Source: Eledone cirrhosa (Eukaryota). From it: a stretch of 64,000 nucleotides of DNA. The stretch's first letter is position 1. Every line of letters begins with the position of its first letter. The stretch lies in assembly GCA_964016885.1 (NCBI GenBank), contig OZ024740.1:302126001-302190000 (forward strand), in the 5' to 3' direction. A program made the position numbers and the translations under genes. The notes below the pieces were generated by a model. It was not told the DNA's origin. It worked only from the letters and a program-made list of their open reading frames with translations, and ran no database searches. Positions 44,745 through 59,911 of the stretch are shown piece after piece.

Positions 44745-44892
44745 AAAAAGAGATGAAATCGAAAATGCAACTGGAGTCTTATTTTTTATAAAAATATATA
44801 TATTTATTTGGTTCCTTTACCGGTTTCGCAGTTCTTCTGCTTTTCAAAAGGTGAATTGAGATGGGGGGGGGTCTGTGGTTTTTCTCACATCT
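44740..44892 (-). mobile_element. Solo pLTR fragment of the 1950-6806 PLE, with an HHR at 44814-44851
   Basis: Nearly identical to 1950-2097. Confidence 0.88.
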
Positions 44893-44909
44893 CACAGATA
44901 TATATATAT

Positions 44910-45311
44910 ATTAGTAAAAGGAAAAGAAAATGCTGACAAATTGTTCACAGTGAAAAATAGTTTAATTAGGAATAAGTGAAAATTAGTAATAGTATTGGTT
45001 AGTATTCAGTTTTGGTTGTAAGTTTTACCGGTTACGCATTTCTAATGCTTTTCAAAAATAATTTTGAGATAGAGCGCTCGTGTTTGCTCTAGTTAGAGCA
45101 AACATCACGAGCGCTCTATCTCAAAATTATTTTTGAAAAGCATTAGAAATGCGCAACCGGTAAAAACTTAAAACTAAAACTGAATACTAACCAATACTTA
45201 TTACTAATTTATACTTATTCCTAATTAAACTATTTTTCACTGGGAAACATTTGTCAGCATTTTCTTTTCCTTTTACTAATATATCACAACTCGTGTGTTA
45301 CACCTGTATTT

Positions 45312-45312
<1 letters not shown>
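44910..45312. mobile_element. Foldback element, same family as 7277-7751
   Basis: Inverted arms centred near 45092, with the tail on the right arm. HHR-like motifs contain GTAAC or GCAAC. Confidence 0.85.
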
Positions 45313-45390
<78 letters not shown>

Positions 45391-46455
45391 GTGTGTATGT
45401 GTGTGTGTGTATATATATATATATTTGTATATATATATATTCGTGGAAACTATGTATAATGCAAAGTTTCCGATACTTCGATACACATGGAAATTCTTCC
45501 AAATTCCTAAATTAGTCAATCATGTGACTGCTATAAAACGATGCACGAAGTAACCAGTAGATATTAAATTACAGAGAGGTCAATAGCCAAACAATGCAAC
45601 ATTTTACTATACATGTCAGATTCTAAGAAGTGAAACTGAATAAATTCTGCAAAACTGGTAAATAGTTAATGTATATAGTTATATATGTTTTCTCTTTCTC
45701 TTAATTTCGAGTATATTTTTTTGACCGGCCACCCTCCTGGTGGCAAGGTTGTAAAAGAAAAGAAATTGTCATCCCTTGAATCGCAAGAATGTTTTGCAAA
45801 TTTTGAAGGTGCCAGCTATGTATGTATGTATGTATGTATGTATGTATGTATGTATGTATGTATGTCTTTATGTATGTATCTGTATATGTGTGTATATGAA
45901 TTTACTATGTATTTTATACACTATAGTATATTTACCTCTATGATTACATATTGAGGGCTGATTCTTAAGTGATTACAACCCTATATTCAGGCAATATATT
46001 AGTGTGTGTTTGTGTGTGTTTATGTGCATGTGCATGTTTGTGTGTGTGCATGTGTGTGTGTGTTTCGTTCTGGGTGCGTACGTGTTCGTATACTGACATT
46101 AGCTTATCAATTTATACACCATATATAAATGTGGTGCTCCAAAATACTTTCTCAATTGTAAACCTACATAATCCCCCACCCATACTGATACATATGCCCA
46201 TCATTACACACTACACAAAAATATATTGTCTATCTACAGATCTATCTATATATATGTATGTTTGTGTGTGTGCATAGGCATGTATATCTGAGCGTCTGCC
46301 TTTATACATGTGCGTATATAAATATTATGTGTGTGTACAGGTATGTGTAGATATGTGTATCTGAGTTCTGTTTATATATATATATATATATATATGATTG
46401 TGCATATATATATATATATGGTTAGGCATGTGTTTGTGAGAGTCGGTTTATATAA

Positions 46456-46500
<45 letters not shown>

Positions 46501-47147
46501 CGTGTGTATGTGCGTGTGTGTGTGTAAGTGTGTGTAAGTGTTAGTTATCTATGAAGTATGATTACATGTACGTCAGACAATAATTTAAATAACATCGGCA
46601 CGTATCAGCTTTCGACCAGTCGTGATGTCTGCGTTGCCAAAATTGTTTCTTTTTCACCGAATATTTTTTTAGAGTTCCATGTCTCATTGAATTGGTTACT
46701 ATGAGCTGCACGTGGGGATAGTCTAGCCATTGATGTGGCTATTCAGTATATGAAGAATTTGGCTCATGTCCCATACAAAAGAGTTAGGAAAATATTCGTC
46801 TACACAGTTATATTCACGAACGGGCTTATATATATTACGTATACAAATATAGACATAATTCCCAAACGTAGATTGGCACACACATATTTACGCATAATTT
46901 TCTTACATGTTATAAAATACTCTTTCATTATTTTCAGCCTGTCAAACAATTTCACACGAAGTCGTCATGTCGCTCTTTTCTCTTTCCCTTGTATTGTCAT
47001 ATCTTTATTTCATCGTCTTTTCCTCACATATGTACGAGCAAATCTCTTATCTATTCCAACTAACAACAGTCCATCTCTACACATTCTATCGACCGAGTGA
47101 CCTTAGTAAATTTCCTATTTGCGTAGCCTCTTTGTCTGGCACCGGTC

Positions 47148-47204
<57 letters not shown>

Positions 47205-47284
47205 TTATCTATCTATCTATCTATCTCTCTCTCTCTCCCTATCTTTCTTTCTCTATCCCCTATTTACTCTCTCACTCTATTTAT

Positions 47285-47316
<32 letters not shown>

Positions 47317-47327
47317 CATACACACAG

Positions 47328-47398
<71 letters not shown>

Positions 47399-47413
47399 CA
47401 CACATATATATAC

Positions 47414-47461
<48 letters not shown>

Positions 47462-47504
47462 GAAAGGTATAGAAAATAGTGTAGCAAAAAGCCAACAGTA
47501 TTCC

Positions 47505-47624
<120 letters not shown>

Positions 47625-47682
47625 AGTGAAATGACAGGAACCCAAATGTGTTGAATTTCCTTAACTATTTATATTTCTGCAC

Positions 47683-47740
47683 ACACTAGGCACATTTCAG
47701 TGGCCAGGTTGCGTAAGAACTCGGTGACATCTTCAGGTGT
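47683..47740 (-). ncRNA. Degenerate Type I hammerhead motif at the 3' end of a decayed PLE
   Basis: The minus strand reads ACAC-CTGAAGA-[stem II]-GAAA-TGTGCC-TA-GTGT. Confidence 0.6.
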
Positions 47741-48130
47741 AAATTGCATAATAGATGTATACCAACGGAATGATGTTAAACTTTAAGGAAACAAGCCAGG
47801 AACAATTAAAAAAAAAGCAGAAGAAAAAAGTGTGTGTTCATGTTTTTGACCCTGAGACGAACGAAGTAGCATGCTGTTACAATGCCTCGCCGTCTCTATT
47901 CGTTCCTGCACTACCAACATGATTCAGCATCAAAGATGCATGAGTTGCATATTGTCGAGTGCTTTTCTCATATTACCTCATGATTAACATTACAGTATGA
48001 CCAATTCTGCCCAGTGGTAAACTACCAAATTTACTATAAATCTAAACTATAATAAAGTAAGAAGCGCCGGATTGCGTACGGTTCATAATTTGTTATCCCC
48101 TTAGTAAAATAAGTTGGGTTACTTTGAATA

Positions 48131-48220
48131 AATAATTGTTTCTACTTTTGGCACAAGACCAGTGCATTACTGGTACTTTATTTTATCGACCCCGTAAGTG
48201 TGAAAGGCAAAGTTAACTTT
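48131..48220 (-). mobile_element. Truncated SINE with an apparent target-site duplication
   Basis: Reverse complement of the SINE 3' end. actttgaataaataa is repeated at 48121-48135 and 48216-48230. Confidence 0.7.
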
Positions 48221-48879
48221 GAATAAATAATGAATGAATATTACATAATTTATCTACTAAATTTCACGGCTGTTCATTAAATATATTTTATTACTTATTT
48301 AAAGATTCACTTCTTCAAAATTTTCAAATGTCAACACTTCCGGTTAGCGATCGTTTAAATAAATATTCATATATTTCTGTCACTAATTTTCTTCTAAATC
48401 AGTTTATATATAATATCGTCTTTTTGTAATGTATCATGGATTATGTTACTGATTACATAAGACAGTGTAACACAGTCTTCGTTCAATTTCTGTGTATATT
48501 GTCAATTACGATTTTATTTGATCATATCTGAGAAAACTAAAAAAGGATGGGAGAGGTAGAAGGGAAGGGTGGAAGAGAGAAGGAACTCCGGTCATGGGAA
48601 CCATATGTGATAAAAGATATCTGAAACATAATAAATTAACCGGGGGGGGGGGGGGGAGTACTAATTTTATCTAACAGGTGAATTTTCAAGATGCCGTCAG
48701 GCACCGAACCATGCCAGCACGGCTGGAGGGAGGGCGTTGTCAATGGTAGGAGTTTATATATAGTGAAGAGAGAAATATAGGATCAAAGCTTATGCTTGTT
48801 GCGGTGGTATTTGGCGAAGGTATCTAATGTCTTATGTAGGCAAATAAATGATGTAGGAGGACAGGGGTTATGAAGGATA

Positions 48880-50100
48880 GGTTTTAAAAGTATAATGGAT
48901 ATCTATATACAGGATCAGATCCTATGATAATCAGGGTGATATTTAGCGAAGATTTGTAAAGTTTTTCTTGGCAGTTAAAAATCCTATCACGACAAGAGTT
49001 CAACAGATCCGAACCAGTCATCATTTCCAGTATTTCCCTCACACAAAGATTACAGGAGCCTCTTTTATTTTGGTATGGACGGGCGTACTTCACACTGACC
49101 AGGAGAGTGTATACTCCGTATTATTCTCATTGAAGTACTAGATGATTTTGGTGAGTGCAGTTGATTTACGCAGCCCTGAATTACTAAATGAAACTGTACG
49201 CACATACCATCTTTTTTTAATAAGTTACAAATGGAACCCACATACTTATATGTTCCCAAATTTGTTTTGACCTCACATATGGGTCGAAGGTTATGGAATT
49301 GAAGAAACGCAGCTTCTGACGTTTGGTCGCTCACTCAATAATTCAATTAAGTTAGTATTATTAAAATTCGAACCCAACCGATTAGTGTGTGCACATACGT
49401 AACTCAGTGAGGAAGATGTTTTTGTGAAGGTAGGAAATGTGAGAAATACGGACGGATGCACCAGTTTCTACGATTCCTACCTGCTGGCGGTGGTCTGAAT
49501 AGAATACTATGTGCAGAAATTAGGTAATATTAGTATGCATTTTGAGAAGAGAATGCTTTATGCGGAGATCATTATCAAAATGTAGGTCTTTGTTTTTGTC
49601 ATATTTGAGTACTTGGTTGATTTGATAATGAGAGACGATGTTTAGCAAATTCTTTATCGGGGATATTATGGGACATTCAAAGTCTGACTGTACTGAACTT
49701 ATGACTCTCCGCTCTCCCTTCTTAATGAACATCTGTCTGTAAAATAGTTACTGTGGAGACTTCCCGTTGACGTCACTATCTTACAAGTTTTATCTATGGA
49801 ACAATTTCCTCTATACACAAGTCAAGCTTCCTTATGTCTGCTAACTGCATTGGTGCTGCAAATGTATTTTAGGATATTAGCTTATTGTAAGAGGTCAGTT
49901 GCAGCTGACGAATAGTTTAAAGTCAGGTATAATAGACATTCGTTACTATCTTTGTCAACAATCCATTTATATAATGTATTTTAGCTGATGCCTAAATACT
50001 TGCATTATTCGTTGTGTCGGGTAAAGAAGTGTAGAGCCATTATTGATGCAAAGTTTCTTATTTTAACTATCAAATATGAAAGTTTCTTGAGACAAACTGA
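48880..50100 (-). mobile_element. Highly decayed Penelope-like element coding remnant
   Basis: KYARPYQNKRGSCNLCVREILEM resembles a PLE C-terminal CxLC..E motif. CPIIS and VDKDSN remnants are present, and an HHR lies downstream at 47683. Confidence 0.5.
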
Positions 50101-51057
50101 CATCTCTGTATCAAGTAAAAATATGTTTATTAACTGCAGTTTTTGTCATTGTAAACATTCCTAGTACTGAGATCGTTACGTTACTCTTGAAGGAAGTGAG
50201 GGTTACCTTTGTATTCCTTGCTGTTTTAGAATCCATTACGTAAAAGAAAAGAAAATGGAGCGATTACCAAAAGAAACAGAAGCATAGGTGGACTGTTCGA
50301 GTGAACTTGAATAGAATTGGTGCCCCACTAGATAGTTATATGGTTGGCGGTTGCGATACAGTCATTCACTAGCATAAGAAATTTCGTGTGTTTGAGATTG
50401 AATCTTTATCTATTCCCCTGTGGGATTTCATTTGCATGGGATTCAGGATGTTAGTGTTCCTCACAAGATCTGGCATAGTATCAATATCTCAGTTTAAGCA
50501 TCCCACTAGTTTATGATAAAGTAACAATGCCAGATGAGAGATGGGTTTTCTGTAGCCATTTACAGAAAGACTAGAATTTTGATGTGGATTTTGAAATGTA
50601 ATCAATTGCATCTCAAAATAAGAGACGAGAATGATGAGTAGTCCTCGCATTACCTAAGTTTTATGAATACCTATCAATTTATGCTGCATGTTCGAATGGG
50701 ATTCAGGTATGTGTCCTAAAGGCTACAAAGGAGAGAAGCATAATGTCATACATGGCGCTAAGGAGATTATTCATGTAAAAGCGGACGTTAAAACGAGGGC
50801 TCGTAGACTGTGAGACAATGCAATAGCCACTGCATCGCACATTGTGATATCGATAGTGCAATCATGATAAAACCCTTCTAATCCAAAGCATGATAGAAAG
50901 AGATTTTCGTATGCGTATGTGTCTAGCGGGTTGTGTGTGTGTGTGTGTGTGTATGCGTGTGTATGGGTGTGTCTGTGTGCGTCCGTGCGTGTCTAGATAT
51001 TCATTCGCGTTGAATGTTTATTTTTCTGTGAGTTTGGCTTTTTGTGTCTGTGTCTTT

Positions 51058-51105
<48 letters not shown>

Positions 51106-52021
51106 TCTCTCTGTGAATCAGATAGCATAGGCCGTAGGAAAGGCTGAGATCATTCACATAGTAGAAGGCATATGCTACTGGAAACGTCCATGCGTAAGTT
51201 ATTTAAATATTTACCAACAGGCTACGCACATACTTTGTGGCTATATTTATAGATCAACTTCGTGGATAGGTTCTGAGAGTGGGACGTTAATGGAAATGAG
51301 GCTGCTTCTGCATCTTTAAAGCGTAATGTTTGATGTTGCTACCATTTCCTTCCTTAATTATGGAAGTTGACAACTGCCCCTATGCTTATGATGCTTGTTA
51401 TGTTTGCAGCTATTGATGTGAAAAAAGCGACAATAAGGATTTTACTGAAGAATGTCAGAAAGAATCATCATGTTCTCTAAATCCCAAACAGTTTTTGTTG
51501 TTAATGTCATAAGGTGAAATGTCCCATACTTTTATATACCATACGAAATGTTTTCTGCATATAAGAAAATTACAGCACCTAATATTTCACTCCGTTTTTT
51601 AAGTCAATTATATGTGTGATTTGTGAGTGATTCGGCTGTTATTTATAGTAGTTTGAAAAACAGAGTAGAAGCTTCCTCGCTGGCTCGTAAATATGCCCGA
51701 TCAAAGAGAATGATGACAGATTATAAATGAGACGCGTTTAGAAAATATATCTCTTAGTAAGAGTGTATAATAATGTATGATGCCAGCTTTGTACGAGATA
51801 CAATAAGGCGAATAAATTTAGCTTCATATCATGATTTAATTTGCAAGTTTTTAAATTTCCTTTTGTTGTTTTATATCATTCTACCGGAAAATACCGTTCA
51901 TACCGGAATACACTCGAAGCTCAAACTTACATGAAGTAATTTAGCAATCTTCAACGCATCATAAGCTAATCAGTTGAAAATGTAGCAGAAGAAACACTAA
52001 TATATCATATGCTTTACACAC

Positions 52022-52082
<61 letters not shown>

Positions 52083-52699
52083 TTATCTTCTCTCACAGTT
52101 CTGACCGTCCTTCCGTTCCCAAGATGTTATATCTTAACTCGACCCTTTGCTATTCATAATAGCATCTGGTTGTTTTACAGCTATTTCCTCGTTTGAGATT
52201 CCCACAATATTATAAAATATTTGTATACACGCATCGCTCGAATTTATTTCATATCATATTTATATCATATCAGTACATTACAGAATATGCTGCTTTATAC
52301 TAGAGTTACGATTGTGAGGTGGTATTCAGAGTGAAATTCTAAAGTATATGTATGAACTGCAAACCATTAATCATCAAAAACAAAAAGAAATATATCGAAT
52401 AAGAAGAATAAATTGACGTATCACAAAAATTGTTAATGTTGATTTCAGAAACATATTTCTCCAGTCAAATAATATACAGTAAGATAATTAATTGAAAATG
52501 TTTCATAGCAATATATGTCTTGCAAATGTTATCTATAGTAACATTTCTGCATTGTCAAAAAAAAAATCTCAAAATGATCATTCTTTAAAATTTCCCTGGA
52601 AATATTAGTGTAACTATCTTTGTAAAGACAGACATGAGACGAGGTAAGGATCAAGGTGACCACTCTCACCCAGACATAGGCTGAGAGGAAGCTATCCTT

Positions 52700-53640
52700 G
52701 ATAGGTTGGGCAGAGCTGCTGAACACGTACATCGCGTCCGTCATCTACATACCTTCTTCTGGTCTATGGCTGACGTGGTCCATTTGCTGCCAACACCCGC
52801 TGAGTGGAGGATTGGGCATGACGTAACTGATAATGGGCAAATATGCGCTGAGGCTGTGCCATCTCCAGCTTTACCTCGACGGTAAGCAGGTGTGCTAACC
52901 ATTTGACTGTCTCCGAAACCGGAATATCTTCACGCCATCACAAACCTCAGCCAACAGTGCGATCGGCGGAAACTCAAATTTGGCGTTCTATAGAGGTTTG
53001 GTGGCGGGCAAAAACGACAACTTGTGGGAACACCAGGTGTTGACAAAGGTTAATCATGCTGAGAGAGGAGACTGTCGCTCATATCGTATCCGAGTGTAAA
53101 CACCTAGCCCAGACTCACTATAAAAGCTGGAGGCATGATATAACAGGAAAGATGATTCACTGGCATTTATGCAAACTAAATAATTTACCGCATTCTTAGA
53201 AGCGGTAAAGCGGTATGAGCATAAGACAGAGTCGGTGATAGAAAACGATCAAGTGAAAGTTTTATGCGATTTCAGGATACAGACAGACAAGAGATTTGAA
53301 CACAATAGGCCTGACCTAGTGGTTTTGACAAAGAAAAAAGATCGTGCCTGACTGTAGTAACCTGCCCCTTTGACACAAATTGGCAAGAAGAGGAGGAGAA
53401 AATTAACCGATACCAGTAATTAAAGTGGGAGTTAAACAGGATTTGCGACTGTCATGAGATCAAGGTCGACCCGATTGTCATAAGAGCATTAGGTACTATC
53501 TCGAAGAGTTTTCAAGGATGGTTAAAGAACATTATTCCAGCCCCCTATTTTTGGAACACTTTAAAAGGCATGCTTGCTTGGAACAGCAAGAATACTCCTG
53601 ATACATCCTGAATATCTTAGGCTGCAGACTGTGTAGACGT
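52700..53640 (+). mobile_element. Decayed R4/Dong-like LINE 3' end (restriction-like endonuclease)
   Basis: VLCDFRIQTDKRFEHNRPDLVV, CPFDT and PIVIRALGTISK. Confidence 0.75.
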
Positions 53641-53829
53641 CTTTTTGAATCTCCGTAAAAGTAGTAAATTTTCAGTTCATTTTCATTTGTAATAATTGTT
53701 GAATTTTGCCATGTGAAGGGGAGACGCTATAATATTTGGGCCTTTTGGCCCAAATATTTGAACTTTGTGTATTTTTTAAAATATTATCGAAAAAACAACT
53801 CAGGCTGTCGTGTGACAGTGTCTTAAACG

Positions 53830-56800
53830 TTGAGAGGAGGGTAACGGCGAACACAGAAATTTATATCACAAACATCTTGAAGAACGACCAATAACAGCAA
53901 CACTGAATACATTAACCTTTAAAAAAATGACAACACCGACGACAGCAGTAACAACCAAAAAACAGACTGCATCAACAACAGAAACAATTACAACAAAAAT
54001 AACAAAATTAACACCACAAACAATAACATGAACAGCGACAGCACCAACAGCAACAAAACCAACTGCATCGAAAACAACAACAATGGCACCAAAGATAAAA
54101 CCAACTGCAGTGGCGACCAGAACAACAACACCAACAAGATGAACGAGGACAACAACACCTCCAACAAGAACACTTTCGCTGCGGTAGCAGCCAAAAAGTG
54201 GCCATGCTTCACTATGGACCTCACGAATAAAGATGAAAAGTTGACCCAGGCCTTGAAGCTCATCAAACAAGAGCCAACCTGGGCCAACTTAACTGTCCCG
54301 CCTGAAGCCATTGAAGCAGTGGAGCGTAGAACGATGCCTTTCAGATTCATTTCAGCAGAAACAAAGAAGGCGGCTTTAATTGCGCAGACAGGTGCTGAAG
54401 CCACGCTGAGGTCCATCAGAGATGCCACCGAATACATAACGAGGGTTAGACAATACCATTTTGGTTCTATTTAAGTCAGACGCCCTTGCTATAAAACATG
54501 CAATAACCCTTTGCAATACCAGCAAGGTCATTATGTACCCGAAACGAACGTCTCGTGTCCGCATTCCCAGATTTCCACCAGGACTTGACATGTGGTGGCT
54601 CCTGGGATGCGTGATTGTAGAGGTTACAAGAACTTCCAGGGAGGACTGGTCCGGATCAGGCTCGATAATGTAAAAAGAATACCGGACCACATCCATCTCT
54701 GTGGACCAGGACCAACCGCATTGGGTCATCTAGATCTTATATAGACAGGATTTTCATTAGGAAAATAGATAGAAATAGTGTAGGCTGTCCACATTTTAAA
54801 ACGTTCGCCTATTCAGATCACAAGTTACTGATCTGTATGGTCGACCTAGATAAGACGCGTAGGCACCAGACGATTTCTTCAATGCGAAACACGAAGGCTG
54901 TCAGAGATAAGGCGCGTGCTCTGAGAAACAAGGGAACCAAAGCTGTTCGATGGACCAGCGCGACAGGGGCGCAGCGTGTTAATAAAACAACAATTCGGTC
55001 TTTGACGGATGGAGACGGACACAAGCTGAGTGATTCCAGGCGTATGTGTGAGGCCTTTCACCAGCATTTTGTTCGGTTGTTCGGGGAAAGTGGTGAGTCA
55101 GTGACGGTAGTGGATTTCAGTCCCTAACACGACGATTTGCCGCGCCTCTCGTCGGCCGACGCTGAGTGCTGCGAAATTCATTGTCGGCTGCACAGGGTGC
55201 AAATCACCCGGTTTTACGGTCTACCCTACGAGCTTTACGTGAATATTCCAGACATGTTCGCCTATCTCCTCGAAGCGCTCTACTTCAACTGGCAGCAGAA
55301 TGGGAGTATTTCAAGTTCTGTGAGTGGGGTCGTAGTGACGCTGATAAAGAAAGACGAGAACAAGTGGGACACATTAGATAACTTCAAGTCCATAACAAGA
55401 TTTTGTCCAAGGTGTTAGAGAAGAAGTTGGCGCTTGTTGGGATGCGCAATCTTGAGCAGGTCTATACACGACCTCATACGATACATCATAGAGAGGGTAG
55501 GGTATAAACCTCATCAATATAGATAAATAGAAAGCATTAGATGGGGTCCACTATCGGTACCTGGAGGCTGTCCTAAAGGCAGCTGCTTTTGGCTCCGTCT
55601 TCAGAAGCTGGTTCGTTGCAATGCACAGCGGCATCTGCTCAATGGTCCATGTTAATGGCCACCTCTCGGAACCGTTTCAGATCTCCCGGTCAGCCCATCA
55701 AGGGTTCCCTTTCTCCACCCTTCTCTAGCCTCAACTGTCGAAGTTGGAGCTCTTGCAGAGCATGCCGCTTGAACCGCGACGCTAAAACGCCGTGTGTGCT
55801 GATGCGGACGACATAACCGTGATGGTATCAGACGCCTCAGAAAGCGAAATGGTCGGCAACTTATTGGAGGAACATGAAAGGTTGACGGGAGCGAATCAAA
55901 CTCGGAAAAGGTGATGGGCTTGCAACTCGGCAGCTGAAGAGGCAAGTCCATGCGGTCCAACAGCGTTGTTGGGCGCTGAACGGAAGGACCGGTATAGTTG
56001 CTCGGGGTTTGCTTTGGGCTAGACCTCCAGGTGGATAAGAATTAGGACGAGTTGACGGGCAGGGTAGCCACTCTCACCCAGAAATGGGCTGCGAGGACGC
56101 TATCACTGAATTGTCGCGTCAAGGTTGCGATTGTGTATATCGTGTCCATCATCTACTACCGCCTGATCGTGTGAGTTGCCCCTGTCTGCACCTCACTAAG
56201 CTGGAACGGTTCCTCTTCTAATTCTTGTGGAGGAGACAGGTTCCGTTGGTGAGGCGGTCCATCTGCTGCCAGCACCCTCTACGCGGAGGGCTGGGCGTGC
56301 CATGGCCAATGAGGCGTTGAGGCTGCGGCATCTCCAGATATTCTGCCTAGACGGTGAACAGCTGTAGTCGCTGTTTGTCAGACAGGTCTTTCCGCAGCTC
56401 GTCTTTTTGACTGAGCTGCAGTCCTGGTTCAAGAAGAGACCGAGACTGGGTGACTGGCATCTGGAACATTGATAGGCACTCGCTGCTCTCTACCAGGTGG
56501 GTAATGCGGTCAGTGAAACTTCCACTCTCGAGTTCTATAGAGGATTAGTGGTGGGCAAGTGCAACGACGCATTCGGAGATGCTCTGTGCGTCGACTAAGT
56601 CGAACTGACCAGTCTGTTCCGTAACACCTTCAAGCCGGGGGCGATAGATAATTTCCCAAAATCCCTCGCTTGGCAGTGCTACAGTTTGAGATAAACTATA
56701 CAGGCACGGAAGTGCGGTCAGACAGACTTGTCCAAGATGCGTGCAGGGTGACGAAACCTAGCTGCACACAATCGTCCAGTTTCTGGGCATTACTGACTTG

Positions 56801-57360
56801 TGGAGTTATGTCGAATAGCTGTTGTCGCGTGTTGAACGGATCCGACTCTCGGCTGAGATCATGGTGACTCTTTTGGCCAGGAAGGGCCAGCAATTTTCCT
56901 CTATCTGGTGACAGTAGCGAAAGAGGTTGTGTGGTGGACCAGGTTGAAAGGACTGAAGATTTTTCTTCTCGGTCAATACCTCAACGTTTTCAAATTTAAC
57001 TTGGAAAAGAAAGTGAGGGTGGAGAGAGAAATGCTGTCCCTCCACAACACCCCCCACACCACCATCACCAGTACATTTGCTGAAAGGTAGGTGAATTTGG
57101 CGAGAATGGCCCGTGTGAATGGGCCCACTCCGATCATGCGCCTGTAGGCTGGTGAATTTGAGGAGAGGGGTGCCTTCCCCGTGTGCCCTCGAAGTGTCGG
57201 GTAGTTCAGGATTGGTGGGGTACGTGAATCAACCCTGCGTGGTTATCCCCTCTATTGGGGAATTTTCATTGTTATATTTTTCTTGTTTATTGTTATCGTT
57301 TTCCTATTTCTTACCCTACTATTTTTTATATGTCGACCCTTGTGGGCAATATAAGAAACC
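53830..57360 (+). mobile_element. Decayed L1/Tx1-clade LINE (Asn/Thr-rich ORF1 remnant plus RT remnant)
   Basis: GC-richer block containing GLPYELY...YFNWQQNG...VVTLIKK...DNFKSIT and ADDITV, with many frameshifts. Confidence 0.75.
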
Positions 57361-57378
57361 ATTATTATTAGTAGTAGT

Positions 57379-57453
57379 AAAATAAAGTACCAGTAATACA
57401 CTGGGATAATTTCTGGCCTTGTGCCAAAAGTAGAAACAATTATTATTATTATT
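57379..57453 (+). mobile_element. SINE 3' fragment
   Basis: Same 3' motif as the copy at 22323. Confidence 0.7.
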
Positions 57454-59911
57454 AGTAGTAGTAGTAGTAGCAGTATCGGTGGTGGTGGCTGTGGTAGTAG
57501 TAGTAGTAGTAGTAGTATAGTCCGTGTGTAGGACGTATGAGCGTTTGATATGAATTTTGGATTAAATAAAGTAATTAGGGACAACTCCCTACTACTGTTA
57601 TAAACAGTAAACGCTAAAGCATCTATTTTAGCAGTTGCTAATATGGCTAAACGTAGCTGAGTGGACAGGAAAGAACTTTGCCACAACTCAAGCACTCACT
57701 CACGACCGTCAAAGATGAAGGCAGTTGGTGCAGCGTTCAAAGCTGCAATGTCCCAGTGACCCTGTAAAGGCTTTAGAGGCCATGATGATGATGATAAACA
57801 TGTCTAAAATCCAGGTAACTGATGGAACTCACATATTAGAGAAGTTTCAATTTTTAATAATCAATACACTATACTAGATATAATTTGTTATTCGACACCT
57901 GTTTGAAAATTCCTCGCTACATCTATTATGTCAATATGGCTGTGTATATGTTCATTTATCATCGTAAAAGGTGTTGGGAATATGTATGTATATGTATGTA
58001 AAAATGTGATTCTATGTTTGTTCTTTTGTTGACCTTCATATCATGAGGTTATTCTATTCAAATACATTTGTATAGTTATAAAACCTTTCAATACTTGCTA
58101 TGATATGATGCCTTCAGAAGAAATGACGGATATTAATTCAAAAAGGAAATTATTAATAATGCAATATTTAAGACTAAATTGCCGCTCTTGTCCAAGAAGT
58201 ATGGTGATTCCGGTTGGCAAAGCGTTTTTCGATTTGATAGCAGGAATGGACAACAGATCCTGAGATATTGATCTTAGTAAATGTGATAGGATTCCATTAA
58301 GAAGGCGGAAGTCGCTAGTTAATGGTGTGAAGTTATTTGGAATAAGTTGATTACAGTATTTAAAAGAAAATGGTGGGTTTCTAGTTACTTTTGATGTATA
58401 AAGAAAATTGTATGATTCGAGGAGTATGTAAATATACTTCTCTGAATATTCCTACTAGTATGCAAGAGGATTCTGACCATTGAAATATGTGTTGGAAATT
58501 AGTACAATGGTGCATAGTATGCTTCCGTTCCATGGAAGGATGTTACAGATCGTGGAAACAATCTTTACAAAATGAAGTATAAAATACACTAAGAGCCTTT
58601 GAAGTATATTTACTGAAGGAGGATTTAATACATATTAGATAATATATGCTGGGTTAGTTTCATGAGTATTGAAACCGGTATGTTTCAATAAAGGACATCA
58701 AATGGATGGGTATATTATGATATCGAGTTAGGGGATTACTTGAAGCAAATGATGATTTCTGACACCTGCTATATTTTAGGTTGTTCCAAACTACTCCAGC
58801 TCGTACACGATTGAATATCCAATCAGATCCATCTACGTAAGCAGCTATATTAATTTAAGAATCACGAGTATGTTGCTGGCTTCCGTGGGTGTATGGAATA
58901 TCACACATATAAATAAATACCTAAAATATTAGATCCGAATACTACTCTCTATTCTAGGTGTAACTATATTATATAACCCTCATGTATGGTATAAAATATT
59001 GAGTATTAATTGTGCAATATATCGTAGTGCCTCTCGTATGCAGCATGGTCTTCAAAATGTAGAAATGAGGAAAGTGTTTTAATATATATATTGTATACTT
59101 GCATATTAATATCCAGTAGAATATGGTGAAGTGATGTATTAGACGATGGACAGTGGTTCGCTATGGTTTCAGCTAAGACATTTGTACAATATTGTGTTTT
59201 GTATACTGGGAAATTACATGCAGGAATATGTTGTAATAATGAATTGATATTCCAGATAAATGATAGGGGTGAAGCAGAAGTGTATTGAAATTTGATAATA
59301 CAGTGAATAGAACAGTTGTTGATTACTATCTTTGCAGCTGAAGGAAGGATCGATGTCCTGAAGAAATGATGGCGATAGGAAATAATATGTTCCGGAATAA
59401 AATGATTGCTGTGTGATAATGGATAGACAAATCAATAGGCTGAGGGGAAAACAATTGAAATGTGACATCGACATGTGCCGCTAGAACTAATACATATACG
59501 TATCAAATACATCTAACTCATGAATAACAATAGCTTAATTCACTTATTTCTAAATAGGAACTGCAGATTAAGAACAGATACTTTCTATACCCATAACGTT
59601 GACAATACTGTACAATTGTTCTTTGCTCCGTTAAATTTTGCTATTAATTTTTCCAATGAACACCTTCTGACTTTTGTCTCTTTCTCTTACCCCCACCCTT
59701 TCTTGTTTTATCTTCCCAAGTGACACATCACAACTTCCCCTTTTTGTTCTGTAACTGATTTTTTTTTTATTTGTTTACAAAACAACATTAATCATTTGCC
59801 GACTATTTTATTAAGATTTCCTTTCAGTTGGTTTTTCGTCTCGCTATGCCTTACAAAATGCCTCCTTCTTTCACTGTTATTATCTCCTGTCCTACTTTTC
59901 CTCATTCATAG

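Noticed and set aside
58100-59480. Possible very old LINE remnant on the minus strand (also 19230-20050)
   Set aside because: Too degenerate to support with clear motifs.
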